DNA of 64,000 nt from Salpingoeca rosetta. Taxonomy: Eukaryota > Protista > Choanoflagellata. Both the position numbers and the translations under genes were made by a program. Each line of letters starts with the position of its first letter. Position 1 is the stretch's first letter. The DNA is taken from NCBI GenBank assembly GCA_033442325.1, contig JAWQFM010000002.1:1401387-1465386 (forward strand), written 5' to 3'. The notes below the pieces were generated by a model. The model was not told the DNA's origin. It searched no databases and saw only the letters and a program-made list of their open reading frames with translations. Shown here one piece after another: positions 1-23,554 of the stretch.

Positions 1-9488
<9,488 letters not shown>

Positions 9489-10157
9489 CACTCGCGTTTC
9501 TGACAAGTCCAACCAACGGTACGACGCTGCTGCACGTGCGTTGTCTTGCTTCTTCCGCTTTCTGTCGACCCTACGACACACACGTGTGCGCGCGTGCGAG
9601 TGAGTGGATGGGTGCGGATGAGAGGGGTGCACAGCAAAGCAAAGAAAGAGAAACAAAAAGGGCAGAGTGAGAGAGACAAGTGCAAGATTAAGAGAGGAGG
9701 AGGGCGAGGCACGCACGACGACAGGCACGACGATGACAGTCGGGTTCAGCGGCACACACTCGACCACGCACCAATCACCGCCGTTGCAGCTGAACTTCTT
9801 TGCGACAGCACAAAAACTGTCTGCTGTCAGAAATGACAAGCTCGAGCCTGATTTCAGTGTATGGACGGATGTGGGTGTGTCAGCAGCACGGGACGTGTTT
9901 GCCATCCAACCTCCCTCCCTTCCCTGCCTCCCTTCTTGCTTCCCTTCCCTGCCTCCCTTCTTGCTTCCCTTCCCTGCCACATCACAGCATCACATCAACC
10001 CACGCCTCTTGCCACCGACGCTCTCAGTTTCGCATGAAGCTTCATGGTGTGATCATCTACTACCGTATGTACTTCGTCTACATCGCAGGTCATGGCGGTG
10101 CAAACCCTCACTGATACAACAAGCTGACACAACAAGCACGCACGCGTGTGACATCAG

Positions 10158-11544
10158 TCAGTCAATGACAATGAGCTCCTGCTTCTTGGCTGGCTGCTGC
10201 TTCATGAGACGCTTGAGGGCGTCGGGCATCTTGCTGGTGCACTTCTTCCTTGTTGTGGGTTTCCTCTTTGTTGTTGGCTTCTGCCTCGGCTGTGCCTCCG
10301 TCTTTGGCTTCTTGCTGGCGGTGGTGCCGGGATTTGACGAGGTGGCGTTCGGGTCGGCAGCCGCTTCCTGCTTGATGTCGCGTCCACCCCGCTTCTGTTG
10401 TGCTGCGGCCTTGCCCCTGGCCGTGTTACCCCTGCCCGTTTTGCCCCTGCCTCTGCCTCGTCCCGTGCCTCGGCTGCTGGCTGTGGATGCAGAAGGTTCT
10501 GGTGCTGCCGCCGTGTTTCCAAAGACGGTGCCTTGATACGAGGGCATCTGCCCGCCGCCAAACGAGGACGTCTAGTTTGTGGAGTCATGAGGGAGGGAAA
10601 GCAAGGAGGGTGAGCAAAGCGGGAGGGTGAGCGCACGAACACATACATGTGCAACCATCCAAGCACAGAAGCAAATGCTCCTTTCAACACACTCGCAAAC
10701 ATGTAAACAGCCCCGTCCCTTGCCCCCCAACACACACACACCTGCATAAACTGCGCGGCGGTCTGAAACCCTGCCGCCGGGTTGATGGAGAGCCAGGACG
10801 CGCTGGCGCCGTCAGCAGCAGGCGCGGAGACGGAGGAAGAAAGGGACGGCCTGGCCTGCTTTGTTGGTGCCGCCGCTCCCTTTGATGATGTCGCATTTGT
10901 TGCCTTTTGTCGCTGCTGTTGGTGCTGCTGCTGCTGCTGTTGGTGCTGCTGCTGTTCAGCCAGGAACGAAGATGCCGATGTAAAGGCCGGGGTGGCGGTC
11001 ATGATGGACGCGGTTGGCGAATACGCCCTCGAGAAGGAAGACGACGACGATTGCTGGGCGGCAGACAGGCTCCAGCCGCCTTTGGTGCCCCGGCTGCCGG
11101 ACGCCTGGAACCGCGCACGCCGCTTCGACGCGTGCGATGGGCTGGAGGATGACCGCTGCAGAAACGAAAACCTCCCACTACCACTGCCATAGCCAGCATC
11201 GCCGCCACTGCCAGCACCATCATCGCCATCGTCATCGCCACCGCCCCTCGCCTGGGCCGCTGCCAGAGCAGCGTCCGCCTTCTTTTGGATGGCGCGCGCG
11301 GCCTTGAGCGTCGCCGCAGCATCCACTTCGCACCGCGGCTGTACCAGCGCCTTCAGGATGCCCACCGTGCACGCAAGCGTGCGGTCGGACACAGACGGCT
11401 TGACGAGCTCGAACATGCGCTTGGAGATGAAGCGGCTCACTTCGTTTTCGCTGCTGTAGCCGTACGCCCCGCCCCTCCACAGGCACCGCGACATGTGCAA
11501 GTAGTACTTGGCCCGCGTCAGCGCAACCTGCAATATATGTATGC

Positions 11545-11607
<63 letters not shown>

Positions 11608-13184
11608 ACAAAGACACACACACGTTCATCTCACATACATGAAACACACAGTAGTAAATACAACACGCGCACTTCCCCCCCCCCCACACACACACACATG
11701 CACACATTTCCACCCCACCCAAGCACCACACATGTGAGCGTACATAGAGGAGGCGGCGCTCCTCCTTGAGCCGGCTGCTGTCGCCCTTCTTCTGCACTTC
11801 ATCAAGCGCATGCGAGTGCGGCAGCACGCCATCCTCCACGCCAGGAACAAACACCACCGCCCACTCCCGGCCCTTGGCAGAGTGGATCGTACTCAGCGTC
11901 ACGCAGTCCTGCCTGCTCTGGTTTCGCTCCAGCTTGTCCGAGCTCGCATACAGCGACACGTGCTCAATGAAACTGCTCAGCTTCGACATGTCACCATCGT
12001 CGTCGTCATCATCGTCATCGTCGTCATCGTCATCGTCATCGGTGTCACTTGCGTCATCGTCACGTTGCTGCTGTTGTTGCTTCAAGTTGTCGTCTTCTCC
12101 TCGCTGCTGCTGCTCCTCCTCCTCCTCCGCCTTCACACCATCGTCATCGTCACCGTCGCCACCACCGGCACCGGCGCCGTCGCCACCATCGTTGGGGTTG
12201 CCGCTGTGCGATTCGTGTTCAAATTCGCGGGTGAGGGCGAGCAACTCCTGCACGTTCTCCCACTTGGACGCGGCGGTAGCTTTGTCCGTGCTCTCCAGGT
12301 GCTCCTTGTACTGCACCTGCTTGAGAATGTCCAGCAGCACGTGTGTGGCCGAGTGGTCCCCCTGTTGGTGCTTCCTGATCAGCGCCACCAGCGACCCCAG
12401 CGCAGCACGCGTTGGCCGCGGGCACTTTATCCTGTCGGGCGCGCCTCGCTTCGCCTGCAGGCCTTTGGTGAGGGCGTCCCACAGGGAGCAGTGGTTGCGC
12501 AGGGCGTTTGCCTCCAAGGCCTCCATCAGCTTTGGGCCTGCGCCGCGCTTTGGGGTGTTGATGATGCGGGCAAGGGAGATGTCGTCGTGCAGGTTGTGCA
12601 CAAGCTTGAGGTAGGCCATGCAGTCGCGCACCTCCGCGCGGTCAAAGAACTTCAGGCCGCCCACAATCACATACGGGATGCCCACGTGCGTGAACGCCTA
12701 CTCGGGCATGCCAGCAGTGGTGGGAGATCGATAGAGAGGGTGGGCAAGCAGGAAGCCGGTGATGTTGTTGGTGCATGATCAAAAGCAAAGTAGAAGCGAA
12801 AGCTTACGCGCGCACACACGCACACACACACGCACACACACACGCACACGCACACAAACACATACACAAACACACACACACACAAATATACGCAAACCTG
12901 TTCGAGGCTTCGGGTCATGGCGTTGGTTCGCACCAACACGGCAATGTTGCTGAAGGTGATGGCTCCTTTTTGGTGTTGGGTACGCCAAGGTTGTGAGCAG
13001 GGGTGAGGGTGTAGACAAGAGCATGATGAGGTGATGGGGATCCGGGAGACAAGGGGGCAACGCAGAGGAACAAGTCAGAGGAGCAGGTGGCATGCCACGT
13101 GCTTGCATTGTCACGGCGTACCTTTTGCAGACTGCAACACCCGCGCCGTTTCCTTGGCGATGGAGCGTGCTTCGTGCATCGGAG

Positions 13185-13253
<69 letters not shown>

Positions 13254-13665
13254 GAGAGCGTGTACATACATGTGTTTAAATGTATGTAAATGTGTGTGTG
13301 TGTGGTTGCACCATCTTGAACAGCTGTGGCATCAACCAGGCATGCGTCCACAGCGCAATCACCAGCGACAACAGAAGAAGAATAATCAACACACGTCAAC
13401 CAAAGACCAACACATTTTCAACCAGAGGCAGCATGCAAGGTGCCCACGTTGTATGTGGCAAAGACGACGGGTGGCCCCCCGCCGTTTGATGTCCAGAACT
13501 TGGTGTCGCGCTGGGAGGCGAGGCAGAGCGAGCTCAGTTGGACAATGGCCTCTGTGGAGCGGTAGTTGCGGCCAAGTCCAACAACCTGACACCCAGCAAA
13601 GTCCCGCTTGAACTTGCGGTACCCGTCCGCCTGCGCCTGCCGCCAGCTGTGCACAGACAACGAGC

Positions 13666-13748
<83 letters not shown>

Positions 13749-14354
13749 TGTGTGTGTGTGGGTGTGTGTGTGTGTGGGTGGGTGGGTGTGTGTTGTGCAT
13801 GTGTGTGTGTGTGTGTGTGTGTGTTGTGTGTGTGTGTGAGGGTGTATGTGTTGTGCATGTGTGGGTGTGTGGGTATGCGGTGAAAAGTGTACCGCGTCAG
13901 TGTATAGTGCATGCTGTGCAGCATGCACCACAGCCTGTGTACACGTGCTCACCTGTAGATGGATTGGTTTGGATCCCCAACGACGGTGATATTTGCGTTG
14001 GCGGCCAATTTCGTGGCAATGGAGTACTGCACGACGTTCGTGTCCTAAAATCCCCCATAGGAACACAAAAGCAGCATGAATGAGCTACACACGTACGCGC
14101 ACACAAACACACACACAAACACACACACGCACACACAAACACACACACACACGCACGAAGCACTGCACGAACGCACAAAGCACGCCCACACCTGAAACTC
14201 GTCGATGAGAATGTGTTGGCAGAAGCGGGTTACATGTGGGTGGTCTTCAAGCAGTTGGTTGAACTTGATGAGCAAATCATCAAAGTCAACAAAGCCGTGG
14301 TTCTGCAAGTGCCGCTGATACGGCTGTAGGAACGTCGCAGTCGTCCTATCGAGG

Positions 14355-14400
<46 letters not shown>

Positions 14401-14513
14401 TACAGAGANNNNNNNNNNNNNNNNNNNNNNNNNNNNNNNNNNNNNNNNNNNNNNNNNNNNNNNNNNNNNNNNNNNNNNNNNNNNNNNNNNNNNNNNNNNN
14501 NNNNNNNNAGGAG

Positions 14514-14557
<44 letters not shown>

Positions 14558-14707
14558 TTACATAGGAGCAAACATTAGGGCAAGGCAAAGTGGCAGTGCA
14601 ACGGCGACGTGTTTGTGGCACCAAGAGCAACAACAGCAGAAGCACACACCCTCATTCATCCTCCCCCTCCCCACCCACACACACACCCACACACACACAC
14701 ACACACA

Positions 14708-14776
<69 letters not shown>

Positions 14777-15640
14777 CACACACACACACCTGTACTTGCT
14801 GCTGTCTGGAAATGGGGCGCTCTGTGCCATGGTGTTGAGCTCCTTTGGGGTCTTGCCGAGGTTCTTGGCCCAAGAGATCCAGCCCAGCAAGGTGCGGGGC
14901 TTGAGCGTTTCAAACTGCCGTGCATCCTTGTGACTCTTCATGAGCTTCTCCACGACGCGCTGGGCGTCGCTTTGGTCGATGATGGTGTAGTTGGAGGGCA
15001 GGCCCACCTTGGCCGCGTGCTTGCGCAGAAACTTGTTGGCAATGGAGTGGAAGGTGCCCATGTGCAGGGCGGCCGCTTTCTCGCGGCCAACCAGCGTCTC
15101 CACGCGCGTGCGCATCTCGTTGGCAGCCTTGTTGGTGAACGTCACCAGCACCACGCCGTGCGGCGAGCAAGTGTCGTTCACGAGCAGCCACGCCACGCGG
15201 CTGGTGATGACGCGCGTCTTGCCGGACCCTGGTCCCGCCAGAACCAGCAGCGCCGGCGCCGTCGAGCACACCGCCTCACACTGCTGCTCATTCAGCCCAG
15301 TCACATCCAATCGGCCCGGCTGTACTGGTGCGCGCTCCCCTCCATCCTCCAACGGCTGATGCTCCAAATGCTGCAGTTGCCGCTGTGAATACTGATAATG
15401 TCGTGTGTCCTTCGTTTCGTTGCCTTGTTCCTCCTTCACCGCCTTGTGAGCCAGTGGCTGCGTTGCTGGCTGGCTGCTGTCGCCACCGTCCGCCATGCCA
15501 TCCTTGGATTCATCGCCCTCCTCCTCCTCCTCAGTGGCTTCATCCTTAATGGCGTCCTCCTCCACCTCCTCCTTCACCTCCTCTTCCTTCACTTTCTGCT
15601 TGAATGACGGCTGCGCTTGCGTGGCCGACTCGTCGTCCAT
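10158..15640 (-). CDS. SRS2: Srs2/PcrA/UvrD-family SF1A 3'-5' DNA helicase with a disordered tail ending in a SUMO-interacting motif
   Basis: Motifs: Q (LNEQQCEAV), I (AGPGSGKT), Ia (VTFTNKAANEMRTR), Ib (GTFHS), II (IDEFQD), III (VVGDPNQSIYSWR), IV (NYRST), V (STIHSAKGREW), VI (EERRLLYVALTRAK). Exons include 14790-15640, 14192-14345, ~13953-14044, ~13445-13647, ~11742-12683, 10742-11528 and 10158-10571. The last splice is phase 0 and the protein ends KKQELIVID*. Confidence 0.88.
14409..14508. other. Assembly gap (100 N)
   Basis: N run flanked by (TG)n. Confidence 1.
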
Positions 15641-16113
15641 CTTGCTTGTTTTTGTTTGCACCAAATCCGCAGTGGTGTTCGCACAAACGCGTTCAGACAA
15701 GAGGACAGTCGCGCCACTGAACAGGGCCCCCACTGAACAACGGTTTCCGACAGCACAAAACAGAAAGTGCAACGGTCGCCCGCCGCCGCCAACACCGCGA
15801 ATCCCTCCTGCACTGCCACCAACAACACCACCTTGCTCGTTGGACGCACACATCCTCGCACATGGCGGGCAAGGGGGACGAGCATCCGATGCTCATGCTG
15901 CATCACCAGTCCCTGCCACCACTGGACACGGGCATTGCACGCTCAACGAGCGCACACCAAGCAACAAGCAGAAAATCATCCCCTCTGCTCGCGCAAGCAC
16001 CCTCCACAACAGCGACAACAAGTTCCACGAACCAGACTCAACAACATCAACATCAACAACACAACCAGTCACAGCACCAGTCGCAGAACCAGTCGCAGCA
16101 GCAGCAGCAACCA

Positions 16114-16301
16114 ATGTTCCTGTCCTCCTTCATGGATTCCGGCGTTCGAACCATGCTTGGGGACGCAAACTCGCTCATGATGGACCTGGACATAATTCGC
16201 GCCAAAGAAGTCAGTGGCAGTGCAGCCTTTGCTCATGCACTGTGCGCCCGCGCAAACCATTCTTGCACTGCCAACCGTTGATTACCGTTGCTGCTGCTTG
16301 G

Positions 16302-16399
<98 letters not shown>

Positions 16400-17096
16400 G
16401 GTGTTCTTGTTGTTCTTGTTGTTGTCGTCGTCGTCGTCATCGCTGTTGTTGTTGCTGCTGTCTGTGCTGCTACCACCATGCGAGAGCTGTGTACTCGTGC
16501 GTTTGCAGTTGTATGCATGTGGCGTTTTTTTGTGTTTGCTTGCACTCCACACACACACACACACACATGCACACATAAACACACATGCACACATAAACAC
16601 ACCCTGCCTCACTCACCTTCACAAGGATATGCTTGCCTCCTGCGACTCTCAACAGGAAGAGCTGAGGCGGAGACTTGATGATTGTCGACTTGAGGTGTGA
16701 ATTCGAGAGTGCCTGCACGTATGTGTTGCATTGGCGTTTGTGCTCGAGCTGCTTGCTCTTTCCAGTTGGTGTCAACCACCCTTATCACACCAACGTGCAC
16801 ATGCAGCGACCCACATCATCCAAAATCCCCTGCCTCTCTCACGCGTCAGCCGTCCTTTCCCCTTTTCCTTTTCCGCTCACAGGAGCAAACAGCAAGCACG
16901 ACGCTGCATGAGCCCACCACCCACGCATCGAGGACTTCCGCACCAGCGTCAGCGTTTGCATCGGCACCAGTAGCTACAGCGACGCACACACGCCCAACCG
17001 CGCCGCCGCCTGAACCACACCACTACGACCACCCCCAGCAACAGCATCCGCAACAAACGGCAGAACAACAACAACAACAGCAGCAGCAGCAGCAGC

Positions 17097-17133
<37 letters not shown>

Positions 17134-17733
17134 GCACCAGCACCAGCACCAGCAACAACACCCAACAGCGTTTCAGGTGGCGTGGGCAAGCGTGCCATCC
17201 TCTGCACACCTCGCACCCCCGAGCCACGCCACGGCGCCAACTCAGCCGTTCAGCCTCCACCAGCGCTCGCCAGCACAACACACCTCTGCAAACAGCAGCA
17301 GCGGCGACCCATGGGCAGCCAAGCCCCGACACGACGCTTCCGCGTTCACAACATCATCGCCTGGGCTGGGCCACGGTCGCGGCCACGGCACCATGCTGTC
17401 TGAGGAGCATTCCTCAACAAACCTGCTCAACGTCTCCCCACCGCCATCTCGGCTGTACCACATGTCCTCGTCCATGCTCAGCGCAACCACACTGGACGAG
17501 CTTAAACGCATTCACAAGGTGGTGTTGTGATGTCCCGCAGTGTGTGATGGTCTGCTGTGGTGTGTGATGATGTAGATTGATGTGGATTGATGTGTAGTGA
17601 TGTGTAATGGTGAGCGGTGGGTGCCGTTGAATGCACCACCTGTTCTTGCTGTCGTGCGCGCACCTGCTGCTCCTTTGACGCCTGCTCACATGGATATCCG
17701 TCGCTGGTGCTGCTGCACGGCTGGCTGGATGTA

Positions 17734-17770
<37 letters not shown>

Positions 17771-18017
17771 GTGTGTGTGCGTGTGTGTGTGTGTGTGTCA
17801 GGAGGAGATGGCACAGCTGAAGGTACACTATGAGCACGAGCTCAAGGCGCTCAACACGGCCGTCAACCAACTCCAACACCAGGTCTGCTACTCACCTTCT
17901 TGCCCTTGCTTCGCGCTGCGCATGCGCCGCTGCTGCTTCCTGTCGGTCAAACACCGTCTGTACAAAACGCGTGCACACATCACTCACTGCAATCGCCACA
18001 CTCATCTACGCTCTCGC

Positions 18018-18052
<35 letters not shown>

Positions 18053-19784
18053 CGCCATCGTCGTCGTCGTCATCATCGTCGTTGTGTAGCTGAAGGAGAC
18101 GGCGCTCGAGCGAGAGGCCGAGATGGAGAGAATCCGCGCAGCCGCCGACCGCACACAGCACGTCAGTGTCCACTCGCTTGTCTGCCTGTCTGCTTGCATG
18201 CATACCTGCCCATCCACCTGTCTTTGTTCGTGGCTGTGGTTTATTTAAACCCTGCCCTCATGATCCGCGTCCGCTGCGTCTTACCAGGCCATGAAGCAAA
18301 AATACGAGGAAATGCTGCTGCAACAGCGAAGCGAGCACCTGAAGCAGAAGGAGGAAGACCAGCGCGTGCGTTTGTCAATACACCGTCCTGCACACGTGCC
18401 TCATGTCCCCTTTCAACACACAAACACACGCACAGACACGTACACACCTACACACCACGTTCATTCGCACCACTCATACCTGCGCACCTGCTCCACTCTC
18501 GCCTGCACTGCGTGACAGCGGCTGAACGAGGCGTCGCAGCGCCACATCAAGCAGCTGGAGCAGGACTTTCAGAACAACCAACGTGCGTCTCCTGTGGCGC
18601 ATGTGCTGGCGTGTGCGTGACAATGTGTAACATCCACGCGTGCTGTCAACTGCAATTGCATCCCTCTCCTCACTCCTATGCATAACCACACAAACACACA
18701 CACAAACACACACACACACGCACACCTGCAACCATTCGCACACGTGCAACCATTTCGTCAGAGACGCTTGCGCTGGTGGTGCGGGAGCTTGAGGACCACA
18801 TCCGACACCAAGACCAGGTGGGTGCGTGTGTGTATGTGTGTGCATTTGTGCGTGTGCGTATGTGTGTGTGTGTGCACATGTGCATGTGTACGTGTGTGTG
18901 TGCGTATGTGTTCTTCCTCGTGCGGCCGTATCATGTTCTCGCGCCGACTCCCCGTTTGTAATTCACGCGCACAACCGATGCGATTGTGTTCCACAGCAAC
19001 TGCAAGTGAAGGAGTCGCAGCTGGCGAAGAAATCCATTGAAGTGGAGAGCTTGCAAGCACAGGTGATGCTTGGACTTGCACATGCACCGTAGATGGATGA
19101 TCCTTCACTCACCACGCGCACACACTCACTCTCACTCACTCACTCACTCACTCACTCACTCACTCACTCACTCATTCACTTGCTCGCTCGCTCTCCCGCT
19201 GCGTGCAGGTGACGGCGCTGCGGCAACAGACGCTGGACCTGCAGGAGAGCGTCGACAAGTTGCGGCGGGAAAACTCGCAGCTCAACACGAGCGGGCGCGA
19301 TGCGCAGACGCTTCAACAGCAGCTGCTCGACCTCCAGCACAAACACGACGCTCTCAAGACGGTCAGCGCTGGCTGTGTAACCTGATTGCTCCCGATGCAT
19401 CCGTTTATCCGTACACCTGTCATCGTGCAGATGTGTGTGCATCTGCTTGCGTGTATGGCTGCTTCTGTGTGCGGTTTTGTGGAAAATGCACCTTCAACCT
19501 TACACCCCGCTCTACCAACTCTCCCCCATTCATCGCCTCATTCGCCCAACACACGACATGGTCTGCGCTGTGCTGCACCAGGCGCACCACGAAGAGCAGT
19601 CGCGTGCAGATGCACTGCAGGAGCAGCTTGAGGCTGCAACCCGCGACCACACCCGCGAGACACACCTGTACGGCACAACCCATGCTGTCAACCACTCGCA
19701 CGTGCTGTTGTTCATGTATCAGTTTTGTTGTGCGCTGCTTTGTGCAACCATGTATCTGACAGGCCTTCCAATCCTCTCGGACTC

Positions 19785-19878
<94 letters not shown>

Positions 19879-21990
19879 TCAGGCTGCGAGAGAACCACGA
19901 GACGGAGCGGGGTGCGCTGGAGGCTGAGGTTTCGCGACTGCAGCAGCAAGCGGCAAAGCTGCACAAGGAGACACAGCGCCTTGACGCAGAACACACCCAC
20001 CTCCTCCAAGACCACCAGCAAGACATCGCAACCATGGTAAGTGCGTGTGTGTGTGTGTATGTCCACCTATGCCTGTCATTTTGGTGCCACATTCGCCGCA
20101 TATTGGTGTGAAGTCACGACACCGCAAACCCCTGTTCGCCTGAGCAGGAGGAGCGAAGGAAGGAAGCGCTGGCACAGCAGCGGCAGAAACTCGCGCGTGC
20201 ACACGAGCACGAACGAACTCGCTTGAAAGCAAAGGTATAACCCTGGTTGCCTGTGGCACCTCTTGTGTGCCTGCACGATTGCTCTTGTGTGTATGTGTGT
20301 GTGCCTGTGTCTCTGTGTGTCTGTGTGTTCCTGTGCACATCGCTTCATGCGTGTACATGTGCTAGGTTTGGTATGCACTCACCACGTCGATATCTTGCCT
20401 GCTTGCTTGCTCGCGCCCCTTAGATCACAGCAGCAGAGAAACGCGCAACAGAGGCCGAGGTTTGTCATGCATGCACACACACACACATCCGTGCTGCTGG
20501 CGGCTGCATGTGTGCTTGTATCTCCTTCTGTCGTCATTCATTGTTCACTGCCCTGCTCACAGCTGTGTTTGTGTCCGTGCGTGTGTGTGTGTGTGTCTGC
20601 GTATGTGTGTTTGTGTGTGCGTGTGTCTGCGTATGTGTGTGTGTGTGTGTGTGTGTGCCCCGGTGCGTTGTGCAGGAGGCGCTGTCACGCATGGCGGCCG
20701 AGCGGAATCGGCAGGTGGAGACGCTTCGCTCGCAGTCTGCCGTCGAGAACCAGAACCTCAAGACAAAACTGCAGGCAGAGTTTGATCGCCAGCTCGAGAA
20801 AATCCACAGGGAACACGTCGAACGCACGCAGAAGGTAACAAGCTGTAGAGTGGGGTGTTGATGTATGTGTCTGTGTGTATGTATGTATTATGTGTCTGTG
20901 TGTGTCTGTCTGTTTATTTGTCTGCCTGCTGTGTTGTGTGTGACGACCTTCATGCGTCCCCGTATTTGCACGATTCGTGTGGATGCAACACCAGTTCTTG
21001 CTTTCTCGCTCAACACAGCTCCCGTGGTTCTGTCTTCCCCATTCGCGCAACCAACCCTCCCTTCTCATTCTCCCTTGCCGATTGCTGCATTTTTGTTTTG
21101 GTAGTTCAAGGAAGAGGTGCTGACGGCGCGGCGTGCGCTGCAAGGACTGCAGCAGCGATTTGAGCAGGAGCGACAGTCCCACGCGCAGACGCTCGCGTCC
21201 GTCGGCAACCAGCACGATGATGTGAGTGGTGTTCGGCATGTATGCACACGGATGTGCTGTGGTCTGCAAGACGAGATTGCTCACGACAAAGCAGAGCACA
21301 CAGCCCACAAGCACCCGTGCAAACGCGCGCACATTACCCCGTCACTAACTCGCCCCAACTCACCCCAACTCACCCCCAACTCACGACGTGTGTGTGCTTG
21401 CAGGAGCTGCAGGAGTTGCGCGCGGAGCTGAAGACGAGTCGACAGCGCGCGCAGCAGGAGGTGTCAAGTCTGCAGCAGCGGGTACGCACAACCACACTCC
21501 AATCACCTGTTGCGGAAACGCGCAAACACACGTGTGCACTCACAATCACACTCACGCCCCCTAAATTGCTTTCGAGTACACTTGTCATGCCTGCTCACCA
21601 GCTGTGCTCACCTCTCCTTGCACACGTGTGTGTGTGTGTATGTGTGTGTGTGTGTAACAGTTGCGGGAACTGGATGCGCTTCGCCGGCAGCAGTTGATGG
21701 AGCTGGCGGCTGCGCGGGACGAGGTGCGCTGTCTTCACGATTGCTAATAGCGACACTGCCTCTCATCTGCCATGTATGAACTCGTAGTTTTGCTGACTTG
21801 CCTTGCCCTCACCACCGTCACGACCACCACCACCACCAACACCGTCGCCATGTCGTCATCGCCATCATCTCCATCGTCGTCGTCACAGGAGGTGTCGCAG
21901 ATGCAGACGGACCACAGGCGGGAGCTGGACCAGGCCGAGCAGCGCGCCCTTCGCCTCAGCGAACAGCTCCGATCGGACATGACCGTTAGT

Positions 21991-22075
<85 letters not shown>

Positions 22076-23062
22076 TACACACACACTGCATGGAGTGGGA
22101 GGATATGGCTGTTTGTGCGTGCGTGTCTGTGTTGCGCTGATGCATATACCCATGTTTGCCTTCATCTACCGCCAATGCCTCTCTCAATGTGTCGGTGCAC
22201 TGCCATTGCAACCGCTGTCATACGCACAGATGGAGGTGCAGCAGCACCGCGACACGCTCGTGCGAGATGCCGAGGACCAAGTGCGGCGCGTGGAAGACCG
22301 CTGGCGATCCGAATACGAAAAGGTGGCGGTGCTCGGTAGTGGTGGTGGTGCTGCTGGTGGTAGTGGTGTCCCTTGTCGTGGTGGTAGTGGTTGTTGTTTC
22401 TCGCGCGAACATGTGCATACACGTACGCATACAACGCACGCATACAAACACACACGTTGACATGTTGGGTGTTTGCTGGTCGCAGGTGACGGCACAGCTG
22501 CAGCAGGCCGTTGCGCAGCTCCAAACACAACAAACAACCTTCTCAAAAGATAGACAAGCATTGGTTGACCGCCATCACAAGGTACGTGCTTGCGCGTGCA
22601 TGCGCGTGCTGGTTGATTCTTGGTGACCCATGTCCTATTTTGTCTTGTTCTCATCCACTCGACCACGTTCGTCCACACGCATCGGCTGCGGTGATGGTGG
22701 CGTGCAGGAAATGCATGAGCTTCGCACGGCATACAATAAAGATGTGGAGGCGTATCGCCAGCAACTTGCCCAGGAGCGGCAGCACATCCACGTCGCTAGA
22801 GACACCATCCGCAAACTCAAGGTCCCTTGATTGTATGTGTGTGTGTGTGTGTTTGTTTTAGTGTCTGATTGCCCTTGTGAGAGGGTGAGAGCACCCAACC
22901 CTTTCCCCGGTGCAGAACCAGCCACACCGTGTACTCATGCACTCAACCCTGCTGCCCCTTCACAAACACACACTCTCTCTCTCTTATTTCTACCAGTTTG
23001 AGTTTGAGCGGCGCCTCGCAAACGCTCAACTGCAGCAGCAAGATGCGCTGGAGGTCCGTGCC

Positions 23063-23133
<71 letters not shown>

Positions 23134-23554
23134 ATTGTGTGCAACTGGCTCTCTGCATAATCTCTTACCCACACCCTTGGCTCTGTTTGTGTATCCGTGC
23201 GTGGCTGCTTTCTTGTTATCCTTCCAATCACTACACACTGCTGATTAATGGCCTTGCTTGCTTGCTTACTTGCCTTTGCTGAGCAGGGATATTTGCCGCG
23301 AGATGTGAAAGAACAGTACGAGAAGACCATCACCGCCCTGCAACAGCAGGTAACACGCACGGTGCACATGCAATGCACGCTCTTTGCCGCACATTCTACT
23401 GCGCAATTGAAGCGCTTTCTGGCTCGTCCTCACCTCTGCACCCTCACCCACAAACCCGCATTGGCATGAATGTACACAGATTCAACTGCTGCAAGAGCGG
23501 CTGTCTCTGAACCCAGACGTTTCCACCAGCTTGAACCACACACACGCATCGTAG
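16114..23554 (+). CDS. CEP112: Long coiled-coil protein, CEP112 (CCDC46)-like; many small exons; start uncertain (15862, 16114 or 16132)
   Basis: A chain of GT-AG exons encodes heptad-rich helix. LRELDALRRQQLMELAAARDEE (~21660-21890) and the C-terminal GYLPRDVKEQYEKTITALQQQ|IQLLQERL (23286-23510) resemble remembered CEP112 segments (QRKQQLVELGLLREEE; GLMPASLRQELEDTISSLKSQVNFLQKR). Stop is TAG at 23552-23554. Confidence 0.65.
16300..16452. repeat. (TTG)n/(GTG)n trinucleotide tract in an intron of the CEP112-like gene
   Basis: Read directly; it produces spurious poly-L/V/C/N/T ORFs. Confidence 0.9.

Noticed and set aside
11766-12778. Plus-strand ORFs of 282 and 322 aa
   Set aside because: They are antisense to the helicase exon carrying motifs V and VI.
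10202-15640. Bacterial uvrD/pcrA contamination or a Helitron helicase
   Set aside because: The gene has many spliceosomal introns and host-like low-complexity inserts, and shows no HUH Rep domain or Pif1 motifs.
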